A model generated the notes under the pieces. That model was not told the origin of the DNA. It made no database searches and was given only the letters and a program-made list of their open reading frames with translations. Made by a program: the position numbers and the translations under genes. A stretch of DNA of 64,000 nt, from the sequence record NC_070957.1; one strand, 5' to 3'. Shown here in pieces: positions 19,006 to 30,000 of this stretch; the first letter of the stretch is position 1; every line of letters starts with the position of its first letter.

Positions 19006-19536
19006 TTAAAAAGTGGCTTCGATTTCAGAGATGTCTATTTCTTGAACACCTTGGTCGATTTCTCCTTCTTTGATGCGTTCATCGAAAGAGAGTTCCTTGA
19101 TAGGTTTCAAGGGATCGAGAATCATTGCCCGGTCACCATAGTTCGGAAGCACCAGTTTACCAGCAGCGACTTCGTTGAGCGCGTTAACGAAAGTTGCAAA
19201 GTTGGCACGGTTGTCCTCGGCTTCTTTCTCCTTGGCCCGTTCTTTCCGCTCATCCCGGATAGTCTTCTCCAAGAGACCGGTCAGAGTGTTGATGGAGTCA
19301 AGCAGTTTACAGTTACTCGGCTTACTGATGTAGGTTTCCATTGCCACGTCGAGAAGCAATGCACGTTGCTTGGTGAGCATACTGACAAGCTCTGATTCGG
19401 CTTGACGCTTATCATCGGTCTTATTCAATATGCGGTTGATCTCAGCGATAAATTCATCTTTCTTCTTAATGGACTTATCAGCTTTGGTGCCCTCTACTGG
19501 CTGAGGGAGAATTCCTGAATCTTCTTCGTCGTACAT
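19006..19536 (-). CDS. Helical coiled-coil hypothetical protein (176 aa)
   Basis: Start reassigned from 19611 to 19536, which has GGAG 6 nt upstream. Confidence 0.7.
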   Translation of the reverse strand: MYDEEDSGILPQPVEGTKADKSIKKKDEFIAEINRILNKTDDKRQAESELVSMLTKQRALLLDVAMETYISKPSNCKLLDSINTLTGLLEKTIRDERKERAKEKEAEDNRANFATFVNALNEVAAGKLVLPNYGDRAMILDPLKPIKELSFDERIKEGEIDQGVQEIDISEIEATF

Positions 19537-19640
19537 TGTATGCTCCAGAATGTCTAAAGTTTTAACTGTTCTAAACTTTTTCAAGCAGATATTATCATGT
19601 TGTAAGTGCATGAAGATATCTAAAATTAGATGAGGTAACC

Positions 19641-20189
19641 ATGTTTGAAAAGCTACTTATGCGGTTCTCTTTCTTCAGAAGGAGGGCTAAAAGAAAGTTA
19701 AGGACTACGTTAGCAGTCCTCACTGAAAAGATAAACCAACAAGGTGCTTTCAACGATGATGACATAGTCACTATACACAACATCGTAAAAAGCCCTCTAA
19801 TCTCGTATGACGAGAGTTTGGTGTTGGGTGCTGATGAGACTATACGTTTCTATTCGGTGACCTCTAACAAGGCTCTCGTTGCTCTTGAAAAGAGACCAGA
19901 TGTACTGTCCCCCGCCAACCTTAATTACGATATCACGGCCAATCCAAAAGAGCGGCCTTTCTACACTTGGTATTCAAACCAAGATAGTGTTCGACACTAC
20001 GTGGATACTGTATCTGAGATGCTGGATGCCCACGTCGACACCATCGTTACCGAGATTGATATCAAAGGCACCTGGCGACCCACATTAACAGAAGAGGACC
20101 AAGAGTTCCACGATGGGTTACTTTATCGATTGTTCCTGTTAGACCTGTTGAACATCATCAACTTCTATATGGAACGGCAATCCGACTAA
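19641..20189 (+). CDS. Hypothetical protein (182 aa)
   Basis: GAGGT RBS. Confidence 0.75.
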   Translation: MFEKLLMRFSFFRRRAKRKLRTTLAVLTEKINQQGAFNDDDIVTIHNIVKSPLISYDESLVLGADETIRFYSVTSNKALVALEKRPDVLSPANLNYDITANPKERPFYTWYSNQDSVRHYVDTVSEMLDAHVDTIVTEIDIKGTWRPTLTEEDQEFHDGLLYRLFLLDLLNIINFYMERQSD

Positions 20190-20201
20190 AGGTATAAAAC
20201 A

Positions 20202-20624
20202 ATGGCAAAGAAACCAACCAATAAGACAGGCTTTGAGCGTAATAAGAATTTTGTGCCGGATGAACAACTGACCGATACCCCGGCTCGGTTATTCAGGAAG
20301 ATCTCCAACGCCATGGGAATGAACCTCAGCAAGTGGACATCCTACATGGGTGAATACTTGCGTTGGTTACACCCGGAAGACTCTGGAACACCACTGGAAG
20401 TCAAGAAGGCAAGATCGACCACTCTGGGTAACGCGCAAAGTGCTTACTACTACAGCAAGTCTCTCAGCTTTAATAAGCTGATTGCAGGAATGAAAATTCT
20501 TAAATTCAAGAAGGTCACTTTCACCATTACTGGTGAAACTGCAACCGGTGAAGTTATCACCGTGAGCGAGACTACGTTCCTTAATCGCGATACACCAACA
20601 CCTGAAGACCCGTCCGAAGAGTAA
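20202..20624 (+). CDS. Hypothetical protein (140 aa)
   Basis: AAGG RBS; operon spacing. Confidence 0.75.
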   Translation: MAKKPTNKTGFERNKNFVPDEQLTDTPARLFRKISNAMGMNLSKWTSYMGEYLRWLHPEDSGTPLEVKKARSTTLGNAQSAYYYSKSLSFNKLIAGMKILKFKKVTFTITGETATGEVITVSETTFLNRDTPTPEDPSEE

Positions 20625-20633
20625 CGCGGTCAT

Positions 20634-20665
20634 CTGTTACCCCTACCACATGGTAGGGGTAACAG
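20634..20665 (+). terminator. Long hairpin (terminator or processing site)
   Basis: ctgttacccctacc-acat-ggtaggggtaacag, 14-bp stem. Confidence 0.7.
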
Positions 20666-20706
20666 TCAACTTATCCAATTTCTTTTTTGTCTAAATAGAG
20701 GTCGTA

Positions 20707-22902
20707 ATGGCTAATAAAGTTAGCACGCAAGACAAGAACCTTGTGACGAGGTCCTTTCGTCTTTTGAGTGACGGCGTTGCAAACCCGACCGATGAGTATA
20801 TAAACACAGACTACGATCTGTACACCAGTTTCTTCTCAACGGCGATCGGGGATAACAAGTACATCAACCCGCTACCAGGATATGGATTCAACACGGATCC
20901 CTATCCAGAACCCATCATGGAAAACCGATACGGTAACATGGGTCGTTTCTACAAACGTATCCATCACGACAATGCAGAAATGGTAACACTCACTGCTTGT
21001 GTCCCTGAGTTTACAGGTATCCTTCCATTCCTTATGAATATGTTTGACTATAGCGCCGCCGTTATGGTTAACAAAGGTCGTGCTCCTGGTTGGGCGTTCT
21101 ATATAGGTCAAGCCGCCGGTGCTATCGCGTTCTTCCCCGCACAGATCGTAGCCGCCAGTTGGAACTTCTTCGAATACCTCACTCAACAACCGAAGAACCA
21201 ATGGTACTACGGCAAAGCTGCTATGGGTCAGTACTTGACAGCAGCTCAAGGTATGTTCAACGACCTGATGGTTGCCGCTGGATATACATTGACTGTTCTT
21301 CCCCAAGGTTCCCAGGTAATGGATACCAAGTTGGGTGATCGACAATCAAACGGCCTCAAAGGTTATCGGACACACAGTGACCAAGCAAAGAGTAACTACA
21401 GTTACCTGAACTCCATGTTCCCTGATGCGATTAACCAAGACGGAACCGTGGACATCACAAGGGTCGCGTTACGTGGTGTGAGGAAATATCGCTATTTCCT
21501 TAATAAGGTTAAGTCGTTGGACGAAGGCTCTCGTTTCCGTAGTGTCGGGGAGAAAGACCTCGCTATTGAACGTATTCTGAATGGTCTTATTAAAGACGGT
21601 AACTTCATGAATGGTTCTGTTGGCCCGGCGGGGAAAATAGGGACTTACGAGATACTCACCAAGGAGCTCGGGTCAGTAGGCGCGTCACGGGGTTCTGATG
21701 AGATATCCTACCCTGAAGTTGCATCTGCTTATACCAACCCGAGTGCTTATGCCGAGATTCTTCCTGCTGATATGGACACAGGTCAAGCAAGTGGTTTTGA
21801 TAGTGTCCGTGCCAAAGTGGAAGGTCAGGTGTCTGCCGAACGCGAAGAACGTTTCGGAATCAACCAAGGTAACTCCGGTGCAGCTGATGGTGCCACGTCA
21901 CCACAACTGCAAGGAACAGAGGCGTTCTTTAATGACACCAATAATCTTTCTGAAGATTCGTGGCTGACACAAGTTGGTTCCTTGTTGATGGATCACCTTT
22001 ACGGTGGTACTGACGGGATCACGTTTAGGACAGAAGGGACAGGGGCTGTTAGTGATTCATTCTCTAACGCTTCTCAACAATCTGCTATTGCCAGCAGCTT
22101 CAACAACACAGTACAAGCTGTCCAAGACTTCAAGTTCAACATGGGTGGTGGTGTTACTGGTATCGAGTTCATTGACAAGGCAATGGAGATCGTTAAAGAC
22201 TCTGTAACTGGTCTGATGGCTGGTAGTGTGGTTGGTAACCTCCCGTTGGCGTTGCTGGGTAACTCCAGGGTTATCATTCCAGAACACTGGCAAGATTCAA
22301 CTACCAGTCTTCACAGTGAAACGATCAACCTGTATTTCCAGGCTCCTTATGCACATCCTTATTCGATCGCCACAAACGTATTCCTTCCAGTAGCGTTGAT
22401 CATGCCGTTCTTTGTTCCATTCAGTACAGGTGGTGCGATGTATGGTTCTCCGTTCATGGTTAAGAGCTTTGCTCGTGGGAAAGGAATCATTCGTTCTGGT
22501 ATGGTTCGTAACGCATCCATGACTTGGGGTGAAGGTCCGCTGGGTTGGACTACGGATAAGAAACCGTTGAACTGCCGAATCACTCTGGATTTGGTTGACT
22601 TCGATCCGATTCTTTCCGTTCCGGTTACTCGCGTCACTAACCCACTTGACTTGGTTAACATCGCTAAGCAATCTTCCCGTTATCTTGGTGACATCGGTAA
22701 GTACAACGACTGGGTGAACCGGGTTGCTGGCCTGGACTATATCGACACTGTTCTTCGTTATAACGACATGAACCGTCGACTCACTCGTTTCACCAATGAC
22801 GTTGAAACCATGTTCTCCCCTGCCAACGTAGCAAACATTGTCAACGACTCCATTATCGGTGACGTTTCCCGTTTGTTTGTTGGTCGTCCTATGAACCGTT
22901 AA
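20707..22902 (+). CDS. Putative tail/baseplate structural protein (731 aa)
   Basis: GAGGT RBS; beta-rich C-terminal part (GKGIIRSGMVRNASMTWGEG); lies next to the tail gene block. Confidence 0.6.
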   Translation: MANKVSTQDKNLVTRSFRLLSDGVANPTDEYINTDYDLYTSFFSTAIGDNKYINPLPGYGFNTDPYPEPIMENRYGNMGRFYKRIHHDNAEMVTLTACVPEFTGILPFLMNMFDYSAAVMVNKGRAPGWAFYIGQAAGAIAFFPAQIVAASWNFFEYLTQQPKNQWYYGKAAMGQYLTAAQGMFNDLMVAAGYTLTVLPQGSQVMDTKLGDRQSNGLKGYRTHSDQAKSNYSYLNSMFPDAINQDGTVDITRVALRGVRKYRYFLNKVKSLDEGSRFRSVGEKDLAIERILNGLIKDGNFMNGSVGPAGKIGTYEILTKELGSVGASRGSDEISYPEVASAYTNPSAYAEILPADMDTGQASGFDSVRAKVEGQVSAEREERFGINQGNSGAADGATSPQLQGTEAFFNDTNNLSEDSWLTQVGSLLMDHLYGGTDGITFRTEGTGAVSDSFSNASQQSAIASSFNNTVQAVQDFKFNMGGGVTGIEFIDKAMEIVKDSVTGLMAGSVVGNLPLALLGNSRVIIPEHWQDSTTSLHSETINLYFQAPYAHPYSIATNVFLPVALIMPFFVPFSTGGAMYGSPFMVKSFARGKGIIRSGMVRNASMTWGEGPLGWTTDKKPLNCRITLDLVDFDPILSVPVTRVTNPLDLVNIAKQSSRYLGDIGKYNDWVNRVAGLDYIDTVLRYNDMNRRLTRFTNDVETMFSPANVANIVNDSIIGDVSRLFVGRPMNR

Positions 22903-22912
22903 GGAGTAAGAA

Positions 22913-24031
22913 ATGGGATTATTAGGTCGCAGCTCTACCTTTAACGGGGTGGATGTAGACAACCCTATCAAGAAGGCGTCTCAATCGATCGCTGACGCAA
23001 TCTCTGGCTTTGGTGATCAACTTGTCAACCCCATGACTAACGTCTCTCAGGCGGAGACTGGCGTCGCTCTGGTTGATGAGAATAGCAGTTCCGTTAACGC
23101 ATCGCTGACCAACTATAAATCCTTCACACTAGAAGGGATTATGGCCCGATCACGTGATCTCGTTGGTGGGATACTGAACAACCCTGACTTGGGTCGGGTG
23201 TTGACCTGGGAAGATGGGTTCAATGTCGACACTGACGAGCTGTTCCGTATCGCCGCTCAGGGTCTTGGTTTCTCGCTCAATGGCATGGGTGATATCAAAC
23301 GCAGTATTGGTGATAGCTTCCTCGAAAGCTTGAACGATATGACTGGTGGTTTGAGTAGCGGTCTCTATTTTGATGACCAAATGAAACTCAAGATCGGTGA
23401 CGGTTGGCAGATGGATGTTGCTGATGAGTTCCTGGGTTTCGTCAGCAAAATGGATAGTGACTTCGGAAAGGTCCTGAACCTTGCTGGTGTTAACGCGGTA
23501 CTGAACACAATGGTGAATCAGGCCGCTATGAACAGTATGTATCAGACCTACGATTCATTCGCTGATCAATACCTGTTCTACAGTGACTATGTTGATGCAC
23601 TGATCAACTCCCTGGAGTTCATTCTTGGTCGTGGCGATCTCGAGTCCATGAACAAGATCTTCGAGATCATCGAGGAAGAAGGAATCCAGAAGGTAAGGGC
23701 ACAATACCCTGACTTTATCGAACGTGCACTTGCCAACTTCTACTTCACCAGTGATGTTTATCCTGAGGACTATGAAGAAATGGCGATCATGCTGGATAAA
23801 GTCCTTGTCCTGTATGGCGGAGAAGATTGGTTCTACTCTCATACCGAGTTTGGTAAATTGGTTAACCTTGCCGTTGTTTCTAACATCAGTGAAGACGCCA
23901 AATTACTTCTTGGTGATTTTGAGAAATACCATGTGCTGTTACTCGGCGCAGGGATTTACCAAGATGAAAGTGCGTACGACGTATTCCTTCGTCAGATTCC
24001 CAACGCTATCGACTTCCAAATGAGAACATAA
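22913..24031 (+). CDS. Putative virion structural protein convergent with the tape-measure gene (372 aa)
   Basis: AAGGAG RBS; position matches phiKZ gp182-like genes (synteny inference). Confidence 0.6.
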   Translation: MGLLGRSSTFNGVDVDNPIKKASQSIADAISGFGDQLVNPMTNVSQAETGVALVDENSSSVNASLTNYKSFTLEGIMARSRDLVGGILNNPDLGRVLTWEDGFNVDTDELFRIAAQGLGFSLNGMGDIKRSIGDSFLESLNDMTGGLSSGLYFDDQMKLKIGDGWQMDVADEFLGFVSKMDSDFGKVLNLAGVNAVLNTMVNQAAMNSMYQTYDSFADQYLFYSDYVDALINSLEFILGRGDLESMNKIFEIIEEEGIQKVRAQYPDFIERALANFYFTSDVYPEDYEEMAIMLDKVLVLYGGEDWFYSHTEFGKLVNLAVVSNISEDAKLLLGDFEKYHVLLLGAGIYQDESAYDVFLRQIPNAIDFQMRT

Positions 24032-24039
24032 ACATAAGA

Positions 24040-24078
24040 CCCCTACCCCTCCGAAAGGATGGGGTAGGGGTTTATTAT
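24040..24078. repeat. 39-bp bidirectional terminator element, copy 2 (inverted relative to 6068-6106)
   Basis: cccctacccctccgaaaggatggggtaggggtttattat, between convergent genes. Confidence 0.9.
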
Positions 24079-24079
24079 C

Positions 24080-27000
24080 TTAACCTAATCCAACAGTGTT
24101 CGGTCGACCACCTTTACCTTGGCTGGCCATCAGGTCATTCAACCTACCAAGCTGACTGATGATCCCACTCAACAATTGCTGAGCTCCTTCATCACTGACT
24201 GCTTGTGTTCCCGTGCCAGTCTGTTTGGGAGCTGGTTTGGGAGCCGGACCAACACTAGAAACAGTGGTAGGGCCTGCCGGTTGACTTACTGGTGCCGGAG
24301 CACTCGGTTTGGGAGTCGGAGCCTGAACTGGTGCCGGACTCGGAACTGGGTTAGTAACAGCGGCGGTTGGTGCCGCACTAGGAGATACCGGCGGAGACGC
24401 TGTCGCAGCTTTCTGTTGATTAACGCTGCTCTTATCCAAGAGCTCATCGACTTCCTGCTTATGAGTCTTCTTGGTAGATGCGACTTTCTCTTCAGCGGCC
24501 TTGGGGACATTCTGATCGGCAGCGTTAGGAACATCCGCTATCTTATCTTCACCGCCAGAGGTTGGTGCAAAGTCGGAGGTCTTTGTCGGACCCGCTGCTT
24601 TGATTTGACCGTTCTGGAGTTTAGCAAGATATTCGGTATATGCCTTACGACGTTCGTCAGTAAAGGGAACAGAGTTACCACCGTTGATGCCACGAACAGC
24701 ACTATCGAAGTCACCAGTCGTCGCAATGGACTTGATCGCTTTATTACCCAGAAGGTAACGAACAGCGGAGTCTGCTACAACGTTAGGATCTTCGGATACC
24801 AGTCGTGGGTTACTTACGACGTCTATCCCTGTCTCACGCTTGTACTTTTCGTAGTTGGCTTTACCAGTGAGCTGGAACAAACCACGACCACGATACAACC
24901 AACCATCCTCAGGCTTCTCGTTACCGAGTGTGGGACCTTTGGGTGCTCTACCATACACATACATCGCACGTTGTTCTGGTGGCATTGCTGCTACCTTTTC
25001 CGCTGTAGCCATGTCTGGTATGTTCCTGAAATACTTCTTCAGGGTTGGTGCAGACCAGTTGGTGTTTTCTACCGTGGACTTGTAGTTACCCGTTTCAACC
25101 TTGGCAAGTGCCAGAGCGAGAGCAATCTGCTTGTTGTCTGTGATACCAGCACGGAGCAGACCTTGAAGGAGGAGTTGTTCACCCTGTTCCGGAGTCATGG
25201 AGAGACCTTGGTCATCACCTGCCTTCAGAGTGGGATCCATTTCCCAGCCTTCACTGAACCCACCACTATACTGACCACCGCTACCAGCACCTACTGTCCC
25301 TGGGGTAGTTCCCATTCCACCAGGAGGGAAGGCATTAGCAAAGCCATTGCTTGCGTAGTTGTTTCCACCGAAAGTCCCACCTTGCTTACCGGCTTGTTCC
25401 CTGCGTTTCATACGCATGGCAGTCAGTTCTGCAATACGGGCCTGTTCAGCTTGTTTCCTGGCTTCGGACTTATCTTGGAGTTGTTCACCGATTGCTTTAG
25501 AAGCAGCCTCCTCCATTACCGGGTCGCGCAACGCTGCTTTCATTGCATCGCTGTTAAGCGACTTAATGTAAGTATCAGCCCTATCGCTGTCGGTACCGGA
25601 TTGAGCACCTTCGAACGGACTCGCTTTCACGTTCCAGACAGAAGTCTCTTCACCATCGACCATTACCATGATCTCTGACAGCACTTTAGCTATTTCGGCT
25701 TTGTTGCTATTAGAGAGCTGACGCCAACCTTGTTTCGGAGATGACCCACGTTGTTTGTAAACCAGTGCGTAATACTTCTGGAGTACAGGGAGGAAACGTG
25801 ATTCGAACCAAGCCTTCCAGTTCGCCATCATCAGTTCTGTTTTGATCCTGAACATCGGCTTGAAGAGAGCCAGTACAGACTCCAGTGGGATTTCGAGTTT
25901 CCCCAGCCCATTGGAAAGAACCATGTTCTCTTCGCAATAACGTTCAAGTTTCAGAACTGCATCTACACGCCAGTTGATATTGGCATCGTTACCGTACACG
26001 GCAAGACGAGCAAGCGTGAATGGTTCGATTTCTGTGTCTCCATCTTTGTGGAGGTCAGATATGTCGATGTCCTTAATTTCCGCTGTGACAGCGAAGGTTT
26101 TGTCGATGTGTTCTTGTGATCTGATTAACGACTCGTTGCCGAACTTATTCTGGAACCAAGCGACAACCTTATTGTCCGATACTTCCGGATTCAGGTTGGC
26201 TTGACGTTGCTCATCATAAGTCCTCAGCTTGAGACCGTCTGCCTTCTTCTCGGCTGGATAAGCTTTACGAAGTTCATTCATCAAATCAGCGACTTCGCCA
26301 GTAGTAGCAATTCTTGACATCGTCCCAGTATCTTGGTCAATCGGGACGTCGATAGTGTAAGGATTGGTCGACATGTGGCCAACGGCTTCCTGTACACGCT
26401 CTGCGACAAGAACTACTTCATGGGTCTGACCGGCATCGTACTCTTGAAGATCGCCAAACCTTGCAGCGTTAGCCGCGGCAACGAAAGTCAAGAAGATGGG
26501 TTTGAACCGCGCTTGGAACCAAGTGTTGATATTATCACGTGGAACCGGAGCCGAGTTCTCAACGAACTGTCTGAAGACTTCAGCGACCGCCTCAGGTTTA
26601 CTGAAACCTGCTGACCCACTACCCACATTAACATGCGGGAGCAACATCATCTCGAGACGTTGTACACGTTCTGCTAAATCACTCCGCCATTCACGAATGC
26701 CGTACATCGCGAAACGAAGACGTTTCTGAATGGAGTTGGCCAGCAGAGTTGTCCGGTAAGTGGTGCCGTTGTACTTGTACCCTTCCGAGTTAGCCATATG
26801 CTGTTCGGCGTCACGACGGTCTGTGAAGAACTGTCCATCATCGGTCCAGTACACACCAGTGTTCTTGATACCGTCAATCCAACTCTTGGGCATTACTGCT
26901 TCAAGAACCGTGGTCCCGATACCGATCTGAGGAATCCAGTTTGCAGCATCCTCTATCTGATCAGCAGTGGTCACTGGACGTTTCTGGTTGAACATGTTCT

Positions 27001-30000
27001 CTTCAGTAGGTGTGGAAGAACTGTCGTCACCTGTCAACAGGTTGTATGCTAGAGCACTACCACCAAGGAGTGCGCCGAAACGACCCATCCCTTTATTGAG
27101 TTTACCCCCTCGCCCACCAGGACCACCCATACCAAACAGTCCAGCGATACCACTACCGGCCATCTTGGCGATGGGACCTAACAGACCACCCAACATCTTT
27201 ATACCTCCGCTAAGAAGTTTAAAGATGGGAGAACCGATACCCAACACACCAGAGAACAACGCACTTCCAATTGTCCCTAAACGTTTCACACTGGCAGCCA
27301 TGGAACCGCCAACCATCCCGAGTAATGAACCCAGTGGGTTCTTGAAGAATCCGCCGATGGAACCCATCATGTCGTAGAGCTTGCCAAAGAGACCAGGTTT
27401 CTTACCTTTCTCTTCACCTTCCCCTTTCTTCTTACTCTTACCGGTGAGTGTATCACCAATATCGATGATTGCTTTCTGGACTCGATCAGATTGCGATGCT
27501 GCGGCCTGACGCGCTTTATCCTCAAGGGAGTTCTTACGCATCGCCGGACCACCAGCGTCATCAAGTTCTTCGTCCTCAATCTCCATGCCAAACTTTTGGG
27601 AAAGGAGTTTGTAGATACGATCAAGACGACGCTCAACCCCGTTCATGTTGGTACCGCGACCACGAACCGCAGAGACATGTGAGCTGGCTTGCTCGTTAGA
27701 ACGCTCGAAACCAAGTTTACCCATCATGTTGGTAAAGAGTTGTTTACCCATACCGACAGCAGCACCAGCCATGTTAGAACCCATGGTTCCCACTTGTCTG
27801 ATACGTTGACCTGTACGAGTTACCAAACCTTCATCAAACTCGGCTTGGGAGATAAGTTCGTTACCTTCTTCATCGTAAACTGGACCAGAGATTTCGTTCC
27901 AACCCTTGACAGGTTTGAAAGTTCCGTTCTCATCTTTCCAGTACTCAACGTTCTTAAACCCTACTGCGCGGAGACGAGGGTTTTGGAGATCACCTTTCAC
28001 AAAGACGTCTTGTTGATAGATGATTTCTTTACCCATGTCGATACCGGCGCGGAGCTTACCGATTGGGTTCACAAAGTTGTAGGCATTGACAATCATCCCC
28101 TTAGCGGTTTCGATCCCACGAAGCACTACAGCGCGACCATCAGGACCGAAGATGCGACCACCCAGTTCACGAACTGTGATGATTGCTTTGGATACCACGT
28201 CAATGACAGGACCTTTAATTTCACGGTACGTGTTAATAACACGCTTAGTGATCGCGTCAATGTACTCACCAGCTTTGAGCTTTGCTGACTTCAGAATGCT
28301 TTCACCGTTTTCATCTACGATGTCTTCATCATCAGAAGGTTCGTTCGCACTGACTTTTTCTTTACGGTCCTTGTTACCCCAGTACTGAACGAGACCGCCC
28401 AGAGCCAGACCACCCACCGCCATAGATGCAGCGGCAATAGGGTTAGATGCAAAGTTGGAGGCAATGCCACCAAGTACGCCACCCAACACTATCGGAGAGT
28501 TCTTGACCAGTAAGTCCATACCGCGACCGAACATACCTTCCGGGAACAGACCTTTGATCTTACTCATCAGACCTTCTTTAGCTTGCTCTTCTTGGCGTTC
28601 CTCATTGGCGTTCTTTGGAGCACCTGAGAACAACTTGCCTTTATTAGCAAGATCCAGAAGTGAAGAAAGGATTGTTTCCATCCGCTGATTACTTTCTGCA
28701 ATCTTGGATGTGTTGGAAACGATCTCTCCGGTCTGAGTGTCCATGTATGCCGTATCCGGCTTACCGGACTTGGAAGACATGTTGCTGCTAGCCAACACGT
28801 CCAGTTTCTCTGTCAGTGTGTTGAGAGAACTGGAGAGACCAGCGAAGGAGGCACCTTCAGTACGCTTTCCATCATTGGTCGGAGCGGGGCGATCAGGAAT
28901 GTGGAAACTGTTCCTGGTTTTCTTACCTTGAGTTTTGTCGCTGGGATTCATCCCTCTGAGCGCTGGGTTGTTAGGATCGTCCATGAACATGCCGATACGT
29001 TCGTGGAATACTTCCATATCAACCTTGTCGATACCGTTCTCTGTATAGATCACACCAAGGTCACGAAGCAACTGTTCATTACCAGTGGCCCTGAGCATGT
29101 CGATACGTTCAGCGATATTCGGAGCGAGGTCTTTCAGGTTGGTTGCAGCGGACCCTGCTTTATTGAGACGCTCTTGATACCTGGAGTTCCGCATCTCTGT
29201 CATCACTTGCATACGCTCGAAACCTGTGGTCTCGTTGAAGCGAGCAATGTCTTGATCACGCAACCCAAAGTGACGACGTACCACCGCATGGATCTCGTCG
29301 AGCATCGGGCCAGAGATACCAGGAATGTCCCCGATATAGTAGAACGGGTTAAAGTTCTTCTCTCGGTCAACGTCTCTTGCGATTACCTTAGCAAATGCTT
29401 TACGGGCTCCCTGGGACAACGTCTTCTTGGGATCCAGGTCATCAACGAACTCAAGAGCAGCAGTCGCATACCGATCGAATTCAGCGGCGGGCATCAGGTC
29501 GGCTTGAACAGCGATCTGTTTGTTGGTTTCGTTCTGGAACTGACCACGCATGTAGTTGTAAGTAACCAACTCGGCATTACTGTCACCAGTTCTGATCATC
29601 TCCAACAGTTGGTTGGTACGAGAAATCAAACCAGGTATTACTTCATTCAGTGTGACGTTGTTACCCTGAGTCCAGATACCAGCATCGACCAAATCACGTG
29701 GGTTACGTTTCTTGAGAGTGTACTGGGTACCTTTAGCCTGGTTCATCTCAGACATAAACGAGTTCATTGCGGCTTTAGCGCGGTTACTCGCGGCGTTCTG
29801 AATTGTCCACCTGGCTTTACTCATGGGTTGTTTGTCGGGAGGAAGACTGGCAACGTAGTCTTCGTAATCAATGAACGGCATCTCGTCCATTGCTTGGTAG
29901 TCTTCAGCCATGAAGTTGATCAGGCCAACTCCGGCGTTAGACATGTACGAAGCTTTCGAACCTGTGTTGGAGAGTCGCCCCCATTGACGTCGCAATGCCT

